Program-made: the position numbers and the translations under genes
DNA from: a bacterium
GTDB taxonomy: Bacteria; Zhuqueibacterota; Zhuqueibacteria; Oceanimicrobiales; Oceanimicrobiaceae
Length of the DNA: 64,000 nt
Assembly: GCA_046758365.1 (NCBI GenBank)
Contig: JBHIAC010000001.1
Coordinates: 32,001 to 96,000 of the forward strand
Direction: 5' to 3'
The notes under the pieces: generated by a model
The model's input: the letters and a program-made list of their open reading frames with translations, nothing else
What the model was told of the DNA's origin: nothing
The model's database searches: none
In this document: in pieces, positions 30,073 through 39,392 of the stretch
How positions within the stretch are numbered: the stretch's first letter is position 1
Layout: each line of letters starts with the position of its first letter

Positions 30073-31260
30073 ATGGATGATTCTGTCAAAAAGATTTGTG
30101 TTATTGGGAATTTTTCAGGAAGAAACGCAGGCGACGCTGCCATTTTAGGGTCGCTGCTGGAAGACATTACTAAACAGTATCGTAATCTTCTTTTTCTAAT
30201 ACCCACGGTTAATCCAAAGTTTGTTTATAAGCACTATTCGAATTATCCAATCAAGCCAATTCCGCTAATGCCATGGAATCTCAGTTTAAAAATATTGGGA
30301 TTACCAATTTTCAACTCGGTTTTATGCTCTGATTTAGTGCTTGTGACTGATGCCATATTGTTTGACCTTAATCTCTTTAACCCACTATTTAATTATCTTT
30401 CTACGATGGCTCTTGTGCTTCCTCTGGCCAAAAAACGTGGTATACCAGTAGTGCTTTATAATGTTAGCCTGGGTCCAATTTCATCTAAAGCTGGCAAAAT
30501 TTGTTTGCGACGCGTTATCGATAGCTCGGAAATAATTATTGTTAGAGATACCGAGTCAATTGCGATTCTTAAAAATACACAAATTATTAGGCCTGATATT
30601 AAAGTTGGAAGTGATTGTGCCTTGAATGTCACTCCAGCTAATAGTAACAAACTTGATGCTATTATTCGAAAGGAGAGTCTACAATTCAATGGACAGGGAA
30701 CTATCACGTTTAACGTAAACAGTTACATCGATGTATTTGTTCGTGGAAATAAAAGAGCCATTGGGATCGAAAATTTCTCTAATCTCATATCTGCTAGCAT
30801 CGATAAAATCGTTGAAGAATTGAAGGTAAATATACTCTTTGTCATTACCCAACCCATGGATTTCAAGATAACAAAGAAAGTAATTTTAAAAATTAAAAAT
30901 CGCGACCGAATTAGACTTGTCACAAATGTCAATTATAATTATCAGGAACTTGCTGGGTTATTTTCTAGAGCGGATATTCACGTTGGCATGCGAACACATT
31001 CTTTAATTTTAGCCTCCTCCGTAAATACACCAATCGTCGGAATTATTGCAACCCCTAAAAATCGTGGTTATATGCAGTCAATTAAACAAGACCAACGGAT
31101 GGTCGAGTTCAAAGATTTAACAGTAGAGCGATTAGTTGATGTAGTGAAATCAACTTGGGTACAGCGGGAACATATTCGTAAAAGTCTTAAGAGAATTATA
31201 GAAACTGAAAAAGCTAAAGCGCGCAACAGTGCTCTTTTATTAACACCATATTTAAATTAA
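30073..31260 (+). CDS. Polysaccharide pyruvyl transferase family protein
   Basis: GNFSGRNAGDAAI, SLGP, VRDTES, DCAL and GMRTHSLILA. Confidence 0.85.
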   Translation: MDDSVKKICVIGNFSGRNAGDAAILGSLLEDITKQYRNLLFLIPTVNPKFVYKHYSNYPIKPIPLMPWNLSLKILGLPIFNSVLCSDLVLVTDAILFDLNLFNPLFNYLSTMALVLPLAKKRGIPVVLYNVSLGPISSKAGKICLRRVIDSSEIIIVRDTESIAILKNTQIIRPDIKVGSDCALNVTPANSNKLDAIIRKESLQFNGQGTITFNVNSYIDVFVRGNKRAIGIENFSNLISASIDKIVEELKVNILFVITQPMDFKITKKVILKIKNRDRIRLVTNVNYNYQELAGLFSRADIHVGMRTHSLILASSVNTPIVGIIATPKNRGYMQSIKQDQRMVEFKDLTVERLVDVVKSTWVQREHIRKSLKRIIETEKAKARNSALLLTPYLN

Positions 31261-31274
31261 CAATAAGCAAGTAA

Positions 31275-32240
31275 ATGAATAGAGATAAAATCAAATTTGG
31301 GTTAAAACTATTAATTACTGTTTCATTAATCACAATTCTTCTGTTAAAGGTCGATTGGCGTGATTCGCTTTTAACAATCTCTAAGATTTCACTGCTGTAT
31401 ATAGTTTTACTTCTTTTAATTGCTTTTGTAATGATTACAATCAGTTGCATTAAATGGCAAATTTTTTTAAAGGCTCGGAATATAAGTGTTTCATTACCTC
31501 GACTAATTCTACTTTATTTGATTGGTTACTTTTATAATAATTTTTTGCCAAGCAACGTTGGTGGAGATTTAGTCAGAGGATTTGTTCTTGGAAAACAAAT
31601 CCGAAATAATCTAGATTCGTTTAGTTCGGTCTTTCTTGAACGTTTCACCGGCTTGCTTGGATTACTTATTTTAGCTATTACTGCTTTTGTATTTAATATT
31701 CGACTGTTTCAAAACCCGGCGATTGGCGTTATTTTGGCATTTTTTTCAATAGCTTTTTTTAGTATAATTTTATTATTATTTAATAAACATGCACAGCGTA
31801 TTCTCAATAAAATTATAGAAGTATATCCACTTAGACTAATCAAAAACAAAGTTATCAAATTTTTGAATGTTATATACTCCATTAGAAATAAACCGATGGT
31901 TTTAAGTAAGGCTATGGCTATTTCTTTTTTCTTTCACATTATGACTATCGTCAACACATTTGTAGTTTGCTTAGCAATTGGGACGCATATACCTGTACTT
32001 GATTTAGCGGTAATTGTACCAATTGTTTTGTTAGTTTCCATGGTTCCTATTTCACTTAATTCAATAGGCGTATGGGAAGGATCATTTGTGTATTTTTTAT
32101 CATTAATTGGCATTAATCCCTCAGTTTCTCTTTCGATTGCTTTAGTGCTTCGTGCAAAAAACTTGTTCCTCGCATTAGTTGGTGGAGTTGTTTTTGCAAT
32201 TTGGAGTAAATTGCCTGAAGAGCGGTTAGTATGTGAGTAA
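31275..32240 (+). CDS. LPG-synthase TM domain (UPF0104) flippase-like membrane protein, 1 of 3
   Basis: KWQIFL, NNFLPSNVGGDLVR, LERFTG and PISLNSIGVWE. Confidence 0.85.
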   Translation: MNRDKIKFGLKLLITVSLITILLLKVDWRDSLLTISKISLLYIVLLLLIAFVMITISCIKWQIFLKARNISVSLPRLILLYLIGYFYNNFLPSNVGGDLVRGFVLGKQIRNNLDSFSSVFLERFTGLLGLLILAITAFVFNIRLFQNPAIGVILAFFSIAFFSIILLLFNKHAQRILNKIIEVYPLRLIKNKVIKFLNVIYSIRNKPMVLSKAMAISFFFHIMTIVNTFVVCLAIGTHIPVLDLAVIVPIVLLVSMVPISLNSIGVWEGSFVYFLSLIGINPSVSLSIALVLRAKNLFLALVGGVVFAIWSKLPEERLVCE

Positions 32241-32357
32241 GTAAAGGAAAGTCAACAAGAATTCGATTGTATTTGAATTTGTTCAACTAAATTGTATTTA
32301 AAATATACTTGATGAATTTTTAGGTAACATAAATTCAATCAACCTCTGGGGATCAAG

Positions 32358-33719
32358 ATGAGGCAATTTTCTACTGCTAGATTAGTCAATCCGTTAAGCG
32401 AAAATTTGACTATTGAAAAAGTAGTCAAGAATGATCTTTGCACAAGATGTGGGGTGTGTGATCCGATATGCCCTCACGATTCTATAAAATTTGACGGAAA
32501 CTTCTATCCTTGGGTAGATTGGTCCACGTGTACCAATTGCGGATTGTGTGAGTTAATATGCCCTGGTTTAGAATTCGATTTTAAAAAACAGTATCAGAAG
32601 ATGTTTGCAGTCGACCATCCAATTCACATGCCAGAGGGTTACTTTAAGAAAGCTTACATTGGTTATTCGAATCATAATAAGATCAAAGAGAAAGGCAGCA
32701 GTGGTGGTTTGGTTACCCAAATCCTGGTCTATTTGCTGGGTGAGAAAATGGTGGACGCGGTCGTATTGGTTTCAGATAACGAGCATGATCCCACTGCACC
32801 AATTCCTAAAATCGCTCGAACGGAAGAAGAGATCATTGCAGGAGCAGGTTCCAAATATAGTGTGGTTCCTATTACCAAAATTCTAAATGAAGTTAGAAGA
32901 ACGCGTGAGAAAATTGCTTTTGTGGGGGTGGCTTGTCAGATCCATGGATTGCGCAGATTAGAGGAATTGAATAAGAGGTTGTCTAGAAATGTCAAACTAG
33001 TTATTGGTTTGGCATGTAATGCCACACTAGAAAACGATGTCATTAAGGATCTTCTATGGAGAAAGGGATTGACCAAGTCTCAGGTGAAGCAAATAACCTA
33101 TCGCAATGGAACATTTCCCGGTAAGCTAACAGCTACTCTAAAAGATGGGAATAAGGTACAACTCATGAAACATGGTATGTGTGAATCCTATGGCCGGTTG
33201 CGCTTATTGTACGAGCCGCCGCGTTGTCATCTTTGTTCCGATTATACTGCCGAGTTCGCAGACATATCCGTGGCTGACATCATGCTCAGGGGCAGCAATG
33301 GAGAATATTTATTTTCGGATGGTCGATCCGTCGCCCTGTGTCGTACCGAGGCCGGTTTAAAGGTGATGGAAGACATGGAAAAAGCTGGTGTGATCAACGT
33401 GTCACCCTTGTCGTCAGATTTGGTTCAAAAAAACTTCAGGAAAATGATTCTGGTCAAGAAGATCCTTCCATATCAAATGATCAGAAAGTTAAAAAATAAG
33501 AAAAAATTGCATCCAATTTACAATACGAATGGACTGCCGCCGACTTTACGCCATATTCTTTATGAGATGGTTCGTACTCCAATCTACCGTTTCTATTCAT
33601 TCCCAGTTGTACGTAAAATTGGGGTAGCCCTTCTGTTTTCCAAGTACGGAGAGCATTTAACTAATCTAAAATTCATTTGGAAAAAACTGAAAGCCAAGAG
33701 ATATAAAGAACCTTGTTAA
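32358..33719 (+). CDS. FrhB/FdhB-family Fe-S flavoprotein with N-terminal 2x[4Fe-4S] ferredoxin domain
   Basis: CTRCGVCDPICP, CTNCGLCELICP, SSGGLVT, GSKY, VGVACQ, GLAC, YRNG, RCHLC and ADISVAD. Confidence 0.88.
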   Translation: MRQFSTARLVNPLSENLTIEKVVKNDLCTRCGVCDPICPHDSIKFDGNFYPWVDWSTCTNCGLCELICPGLEFDFKKQYQKMFAVDHPIHMPEGYFKKAYIGYSNHNKIKEKGSSGGLVTQILVYLLGEKMVDAVVLVSDNEHDPTAPIPKIARTEEEIIAGAGSKYSVVPITKILNEVRRTREKIAFVGVACQIHGLRRLEELNKRLSRNVKLVIGLACNATLENDVIKDLLWRKGLTKSQVKQITYRNGTFPGKLTATLKDGNKVQLMKHGMCESYGRLRLLYEPPRCHLCSDYTAEFADISVADIMLRGSNGEYLFSDGRSVALCRTEAGLKVMEDMEKAGVINVSPLSSDLVQKNFRKMILVKKILPYQMIRKLKNKKKLHPIYNTNGLPPTLRHILYEMVRTPIYRFYSFPVVRKIGVALLFSKYGEHLTNLKFIWKKLKAKRYKEPC

Positions 33720-33843
33720 TGTTATACTGAATAGTGCCGGATTGCAAATTGTGTGTAGCGCTGAAAATGTTACGCTAAATTCAACTTTTCTAACTAAGTG
33801 AAATAGATATTTTTGAAACATCAACCAAGTCGTGGTTACTTTT

Positions 33844-34779
33844 ATGATAAGGCGTTTAATACTTCTTTTTCTACTGATAACTTTTTCAGTAATTATCGTT
33901 TTGGTGTTAGTGCACGAATCTGATATTCAGAAGAGGGAGCTGCAATTTTTTAATGGTGGTTTAATTTTGATTGGCGATCTGTATATTCCTAAACAAATTA
34001 CTTCAAAAACTGGAATAGTATTCTTGCACGGGAGTCTCCCCGAAGGCCGGAAATTGTTGCTCTATAAGACCCTGTGTGAAAGACTTGCCAGCAATGGGTA
34101 TGTAGTTTTTAGTTTTGATCAAAGGGGATATGGAGACTCGGAGGATCCGGAAAAAATTAGTAGCGTCGCTGAGTTAGATTTTGTTTCAGACGCAGAGCAG
34201 GCCGTCACGGTGTTTCTTGAGCAATCTCTTAAGTATGGTGTGCAGTCTGTGGCATTGATAGGACATTCATTCGGCGGTGGAGTGGCAGTAGCAGCCGGTG
34301 TCAAATCTTCAAAAGTGTCTAAAATCGTTTCCATTAGCCCCGGTCGGAGAATATCCTCTCGTTTTTTTGGTAATAATGCCACTGATGATCTTCAGTATGT
34401 CCAGGAAAGAAAATCTAATGACATGAGGCTTACCGAAATGATTCCTATCGAAGTTGTGAAGCCAATGTTAGATTTGTATAATGTGGAGCAATTTAGGGGT
34501 GTGACTTTTCAGAAACCACTTCTTCTCATCGAAGGCAGCGAGGAACCTTTAGAAGACTTAGCCTTCACAAAGAAATTTGTTTCGACCCTAGGGGGCCCGG
34601 TCTTTCATATCGTAATCAATAGTGCTGCACATTATTTTGGTACAAGAAAATCGAAATTATGGAAATTTTGGCGATGGCGTGTTGAGGACAGAGGCGTGAT
34701 TAACAAACTAGTTAACACCATCGATAACTGGATAAATGACACTCCAGATTCATTGAAAATAAAAGCTAAGCAGGAATGA
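33844..34779 (+). CDS. Membrane-anchored alpha/beta hydrolase
   Basis: N-terminal TM, FLHG, FDQRGYGDS, nucleophile GHSFGG and AAHYF. The start could be GTG 33832. Confidence 0.85.
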   Translation: MIRRLILLFLLITFSVIIVLVLVHESDIQKRELQFFNGGLILIGDLYIPKQITSKTGIVFLHGSLPEGRKLLLYKTLCERLASNGYVVFSFDQRGYGDSEDPEKISSVAELDFVSDAEQAVTVFLEQSLKYGVQSVALIGHSFGGGVAVAAGVKSSKVSKIVSISPGRRISSRFFGNNATDDLQYVQERKSNDMRLTEMIPIEVVKPMLDLYNVEQFRGVTFQKPLLLIEGSEEPLEDLAFTKKFVSTLGGPVFHIVINSAAHYFGTRKSKLWKFWRWRVEDRGVINKLVNTIDNWINDTPDSLKIKAKQE

Positions 34780-34866
34780 ACTGCCGAAACTAAGCATTTA
34801 CATGAACATCATTAAGTGACTTTATCAATCATGTTGTTTTCTTCAATTAAGATAGGAAATTGTTAA

Positions 34867-35643
34867 ATGAAAAAGCAGCCTGAGATTTCAGAGATGGATA
34901 AGGGTTCAAGTGACAACTTTGGATTTTACAAATTTGTTGCTAACCAACATACCTCATCCCTTAAAAAATATCAAGACTTGATGATTGGAGACTACAAACT
35001 TCTGAATTTGATTAAATTTGAATTTCTGACCTCTTTTCTAACCTATTTTCCCGGGATGCTTGGTATGTTTCTGCGTCAAAAGTTTTATAGATTTCTTTTT
35101 AAAAGGCAAGGCAAAGGCGTAATCATTGGTTCAGGTGTTTCTTTACGGCAACCGGCGAAGATAACCATTGAATCTGGCTCTATCATTGATGATTTGGTAA
35201 GCCTTAGTATACGGGGTACCGATAAAGCTGGAATTCGTATAGGTGAGAATGTCTTTGTAGGTCGGGGTTCTATATTGAATGCTCGAGATGGACTGATTGA
35301 TATTGATAACTACACAAGTATAGGGAGTTTTTGTCGTATCGCGACTGCTAAAGGGCAACTGCGAATAGGTCGATATGTTTTAGTAGCTGCGTATTGCTAC
35401 ATTGGTGGCGGAAATCACCGAACAGATCAGATAAATATTCCAATGGCTCTCCAAGATTATGAGAACCGAGGTGGCGTGGTTATCGGTGATGATGTATGGA
35501 TAGGTGCACATACTATCATAACCGATGGCGTAAAGATCGGTAAAGGCTGCATCATCGGTGCTGGATCTTTTGTTAATAAGGATATTCCGGATTATTCCAT
35601 CGCATTTGGTTGCCCCGCTAAGGTTCAGAGAAAAAGGGTTTAG
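34867..35643 (+). CDS. Hexapeptide-repeat (LbH) O-acyltransferase
   Basis: Hexapeptide repeats, GGNH, VVIGDDVWIGA, GAGSFV and GCPAK. Confidence 0.9.
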   Translation: MKKQPEISEMDKGSSDNFGFYKFVANQHTSSLKKYQDLMIGDYKLLNLIKFEFLTSFLTYFPGMLGMFLRQKFYRFLFKRQGKGVIIGSGVSLRQPAKITIESGSIIDDLVSLSIRGTDKAGIRIGENVFVGRGSILNARDGLIDIDNYTSIGSFCRIATAKGQLRIGRYVLVAAYCYIGGGNHRTDQINIPMALQDYENRGGVVIGDDVWIGAHTIITDGVKIGKGCIIGAGSFVNKDIPDYSIAFGCPAKVQRKRV

Positions 35644-35669
35644 AGTCTATAGTTGCTTTTTAAAATAAT

Positions 35670-36236
35670 ATGCCATCACCAATTGGACACTCATTAGCTG
35701 CGTATGCAATCTATTCGAGCACGACTAATAGTAAATTAAGGCCGGATCGGGTTAAATTAATTTTATTTATCCTGGTTGCTAACCTGCCAGACATTGATTT
35801 TTTACCAGGCTTTTTAGTTGGCTATCCCAATAAATATCATCATCAATTCACGCATAGTTTGAGTTTTGCAGTTATTATTGGAGTTGTTGCTTATACTTTT
35901 TTGAGGATTAATGGTAATAAGCATTACTGGCAGAATTTCTTAATATTCTCAGGATTGATTTTATCCCATGTAATATTAGATTTTTTCACTCTTGATACTA
36001 GTGCCCCTTACGGAGAGCAACTATTATGGCCATTTACGGAAAAATATTATTTGGCTCCGGCCTCGGTCTTTAGAAATATTCAGCGTGCATTTTCAAGTGA
36101 TTTATTTATCAGCAGTTTATTTAATATACACAATCTGTGGACCGTGGCTTTTGAATGTGTCGTACTTTTTCCAGCGATTACCATCATTCATGCCTTAAAA
36201 AAGAAGAATATCTTGAAAGTAGATTTTAGTAAATGA
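35670..36236 (+). CDS. YdjM-like membrane metal-dependent hydrolase
   Basis: PIGHS, LPDID, HHQFTHSL, SHVILD and LLWPF. Confidence 0.82.
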   Translation: MPSPIGHSLAAYAIYSSTTNSKLRPDRVKLILFILVANLPDIDFLPGFLVGYPNKYHHQFTHSLSFAVIIGVVAYTFLRINGNKHYWQNFLIFSGLILSHVILDFFTLDTSAPYGEQLLWPFTEKYYLAPASVFRNIQRAFSSDLFISSLFNIHNLWTVAFECVVLFPAITIIHALKKKNILKVDFSK

Positions 36237-36288
36237 AAATAAATCACAGTTTATAAAAATCCCTATTTCGGTTTAATTTTAGAGTAAT

Positions 36289-37257
36289 ATGATTCATAAA
36301 GAAAAAAAGATTCAAAGGCAGAGCGATGGAATAGAAATTTCCGTGATTATTCCCCTCTATAACGAGGTGGAAAATTTAGAATTATTATTCTCATCAATTA
36401 AAAATGTTTTAGATGGATTGGATAAAACATACGAAATGATTTATATCGATGACGGAAGCACCGATGGAACCTTTGAGGTACTAAAGCGCAAAGCGGATAG
36501 CAACACGAAAGTCATAAAGTTTCGAAAGAATTTCGGGCAATCGGCAGCCATGGCTGCTGGTTTTGAGCACGCCAAAGGGCAGGTTGTAATTTCCATGGAC
36601 GGTGATTTACAAAATGACCCCAAGGATATTCCAGCTATGGTGGCAAAGTTGGAAGAAGGGTTCGATATAGTGGCGGGTTGGAGAAAAAATCGAAAAGATA
36701 AAATGTTTATACGAAAAGTACCGTCTAAAATTGCTAATAAAATCATACGCTTTTTTACAGGCGTCCAGCTCCACGACACAGGGTGTTCTCTTAAGGCCTA
36801 CCGCTCTGAAGTCATCAAAAGGCTCAGGCTTTATGGTGAATTACACCGTTTCATCCCTGCCTTGGCTCGAATTGAAGGTGCTAAAATTTCTGAAATTGTG
36901 GTGTCTCATCATGCTCGAAAATTCGGCCGTTCAAAATATAATTTATCCCGGACCTTCAAAGTAATTATGGATTTAACCACGATTAACTTATTTATCAAAT
37001 ACTTATCCAATCCTGTTTATCTTTTCGGTAAACTTGGCTTCTTTTTTAACCTATTTGGTTTAATGACGCTATTTGTTTGTCTCTATTTAATAATTTTAGA
37101 AAATTATGATTTATCTGGCATAAATGTTTTAGTAAGCTTGGCCTTTCTTTTGATTGCATCAGGATGCCAGTTTATTTTCTATGGACTTATTGCCAATATG
37201 GTGGTGAAAACCGCTGAAGAGAAAAATGGGCAGATCATAGAATATTTTAAACACTAA
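36289..37257 (+). CDS. GT2 polyprenyl-phosphate glycosyltransferase (ArnC/GtrB-like)
   Basis: IPLYNE, DDGSTD, RKNFGQ, MDGDLQNDP, ELHRFIP, HHAR..G.SKY and two C-terminal TMs. Confidence 0.9.
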   Translation: MIHKEKKIQRQSDGIEISVIIPLYNEVENLELLFSSIKNVLDGLDKTYEMIYIDDGSTDGTFEVLKRKADSNTKVIKFRKNFGQSAAMAAGFEHAKGQVVISMDGDLQNDPKDIPAMVAKLEEGFDIVAGWRKNRKDKMFIRKVPSKIANKIIRFFTGVQLHDTGCSLKAYRSEVIKRLRLYGELHRFIPALARIEGAKISEIVVSHHARKFGRSKYNLSRTFKVIMDLTTINLFIKYLSNPVYLFGKLGFFFNLFGLMTLFVCLYLIILENYDLSGINVLVSLAFLLIASGCQFIFYGLIANMVVKTAEEKNGQIIEYFKH

Positions 37258-37286
37258 ATTAAACTTCTATATTTAAGGGTAATACA

Positions 37287-38318
37287 ATGGAAGAGCAAAT
37301 TCTTACAAAAAAAGAACCAATAGATGGGAAAATTAAAAAAATATCGACTCCTGCCAATATTCAAACTTCCGTAATTGTTACGGTTTGTAATTTTGAGAAA
37401 CAGATTGCAGAAGTTTACAAAGCTTTGCTGGAGGATTTGGAAAAGTCAGGCCAGAAATTCGAGGTGATTTTTGTCGATGATGGAAGTACAGATAATACCT
37501 GGAAAACCCTAAAAGAATTGGCTAACCATGACCGTCGAGTTAAACTGGTAAGATTTAGAACCACTTTCGGGGAGGCCGCTTCTTTTGACGCAGGATTTAA
37601 ACAAACTGATGGTGAAAAAATTGTTTTTTTCACCACCCGGGTACGTATTAATCCTTCTCAGTTATCAAAGCTTCTTACAAAATTAGAGCAAGGTTATGAT
37701 TTGGTCATGGGATGGCGATACCCCCGTCGGGATTCTTTTTTCAACCAAATCATTTCAAAGATTTTTAATAGGCTGATTAAATGGTTTACTAAAACTACCC
37801 TGAACGACATCAATAGTGGTGTATTTGTGACCCGAAGGGAAGTATTGGAAGATATTCCTATCTACGGACATTTAAATATTTTTCTTCCTATTATAGCAGC
37901 TCAAAAAGGATTTGTAGTTAGTGATGAAAAACTTGAGCAGTTGCCTGGTTCCTTTCGGCAGTCCAAGTATGTGTCTGAATATTTTCAAAGATTGCTGGAC
38001 ATCTTAACTGTTATTTTCTTAACCAACTATTCCAAGAAGCCCCTGCACTTTTTAGGATTTTTTGGTCTAATATTTGCGCTTTCTGGCGCGGCTATAAATC
38101 TATATCTTTTTATCTATCGATTGTTTCATATTGGGCCAATTGCGGGCCGGCCATTGTTGCTTTTAGGAGCACTACTTTTAGTTATCGGAATACAAATGAT
38201 TTCCATAGGACTTATCGGTGAAATGATTATTTTTACGCATGCCAAGGAAATCAAAGAATATAATATCGAAAAGATAATTTCAAGAGGTGATGATTTAAAT
38301 TATGACCATTTGACTTAG
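37287..38318 (+). CDS. ArnC/GtrB-like GT2 paralog lacking the DxD motif
   Basis: DDGSTD, GWRYPRRD and C-terminal TMs are intact, but FTTRVRINP replaces MDxDLQxDP. Confidence 0.8.
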   Translation: MEEQILTKKEPIDGKIKKISTPANIQTSVIVTVCNFEKQIAEVYKALLEDLEKSGQKFEVIFVDDGSTDNTWKTLKELANHDRRVKLVRFRTTFGEAASFDAGFKQTDGEKIVFFTTRVRINPSQLSKLLTKLEQGYDLVMGWRYPRRDSFFNQIISKIFNRLIKWFTKTTLNDINSGVFVTRREVLEDIPIYGHLNIFLPIIAAQKGFVVSDEKLEQLPGSFRQSKYVSEYFQRLLDILTVIFLTNYSKKPLHFLGFFGLIFALSGAAINLYLFIYRLFHIGPIAGRPLLLLGALLLVIGIQMISIGLIGEMIIFTHAKEIKEYNIEKIISRGDDLNYDHLT

Positions 38319-38375
38319 ATCAAATGCGTCCACTTTAGTAAAAAATCTGATTTAATAATGATAAACGCATAAATT

Positions 38376-39359
38376 ATGAAGCTAATCATTCAAATTCCCT
38401 GCTTTAACGAAGAACAAACTTTACCCTTAACTCTGAGGGATCTTCCAAAAAGCATCGGCGGAATTAGTGAAATTGAAACTTTGATAGTAGATGATGGAAG
38501 TATAGATAACACCGTGGAGGTCGCGCGCAAGCATGGAGTTAACCACATTATTAAGCTGACTAATAACAAAGGACTTGCAGAGGGATTCATGGTTGGTATG
38601 GATGCCTGCTTACGTCTTGGCGCTGACATAATTGTAAACACCGATGCGGATAATCAATATAATAGCGCAGATATCCCAAAATTGATAGAACCAATTTTGC
38701 AGGGTAAGGCTGATATGGTCATCGGGGATCGTCAGATAAACAATGTTCCTTACTTTTCTCCGATAAAAAAGAAGCTACAAAAGATTGGGACATGGGTAGT
38801 ACGGAATGTATCGGGCACGTCGGTTCCAGATGCTACTAGTGGTTTTCGAGCATTCAGCCGAGATGCAGCATTGCGCCTAAATGTCGTTACTCGTTTTACG
38901 TATACCCTTGAGACTCTCATTCAGGCGGGTAAGAAAAATCTTGCTGTTACGCATGTTCCAATTCGGACTAACGGTAAGTTTCGTGAATCTCGGTTATATA
39001 ATAGCATTCCCAGTTATATTCGAAAATCGATTAGTACCATTTTTCGTATCTACACGATGTATGAACCATTGAAGATGTTTGCGACCATTGGTTGTACTAC
39101 TTTTACCTTGGGATTACTGCTTGGGTTTAGGTTTCTTTATTATTATTTTACGGGCAACGGAGCTGGACACATCCAATCTTTGATTCTTGCGGCTGTATTC
39201 TTTATTATTGGATTTCAAGTAATCATGTTAGGGCTAATTGCTGATCTCAATGGTAATAACCGTAGGCTAATCGAAGATGCTCTGTACAGGATTCGGCGTC
39301 AGGAATTAAAAGATGTGTCCGATGGTAAATCACTTAATGTAAATGATGAATCCCGGTAA
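38376..39359 (+). CDS. GT2 polyprenyl-phosphate glycosyltransferase-like
   Basis: IPCFNEE, DDGS, TDADNQY, DATSGFRA and C-terminal TMs. Confidence 0.9.
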   Translation: MKLIIQIPCFNEEQTLPLTLRDLPKSIGGISEIETLIVDDGSIDNTVEVARKHGVNHIIKLTNNKGLAEGFMVGMDACLRLGADIIVNTDADNQYNSADIPKLIEPILQGKADMVIGDRQINNVPYFSPIKKKLQKIGTWVVRNVSGTSVPDATSGFRAFSRDAALRLNVVTRFTYTLETLIQAGKKNLAVTHVPIRTNGKFRESRLYNSIPSYIRKSISTIFRIYTMYEPLKMFATIGCTTFTLGLLLGFRFLYYYFTGNGAGHIQSLILAAVFFIIGFQVIMLGLIADLNGNNRRLIEDALYRIRRQELKDVSDGKSLNVNDESR

Positions 39360-39392
39360 AAAAGACTGGTTTGTAAGGCGGAAGAAAATTTT

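Noticed and set aside
32358..33719. True F420-reducing hydrogenase or methanogen-type metabolism
   Set aside because: No alpha/gamma subunits or maturation genes are present; the context is a glycan locus.
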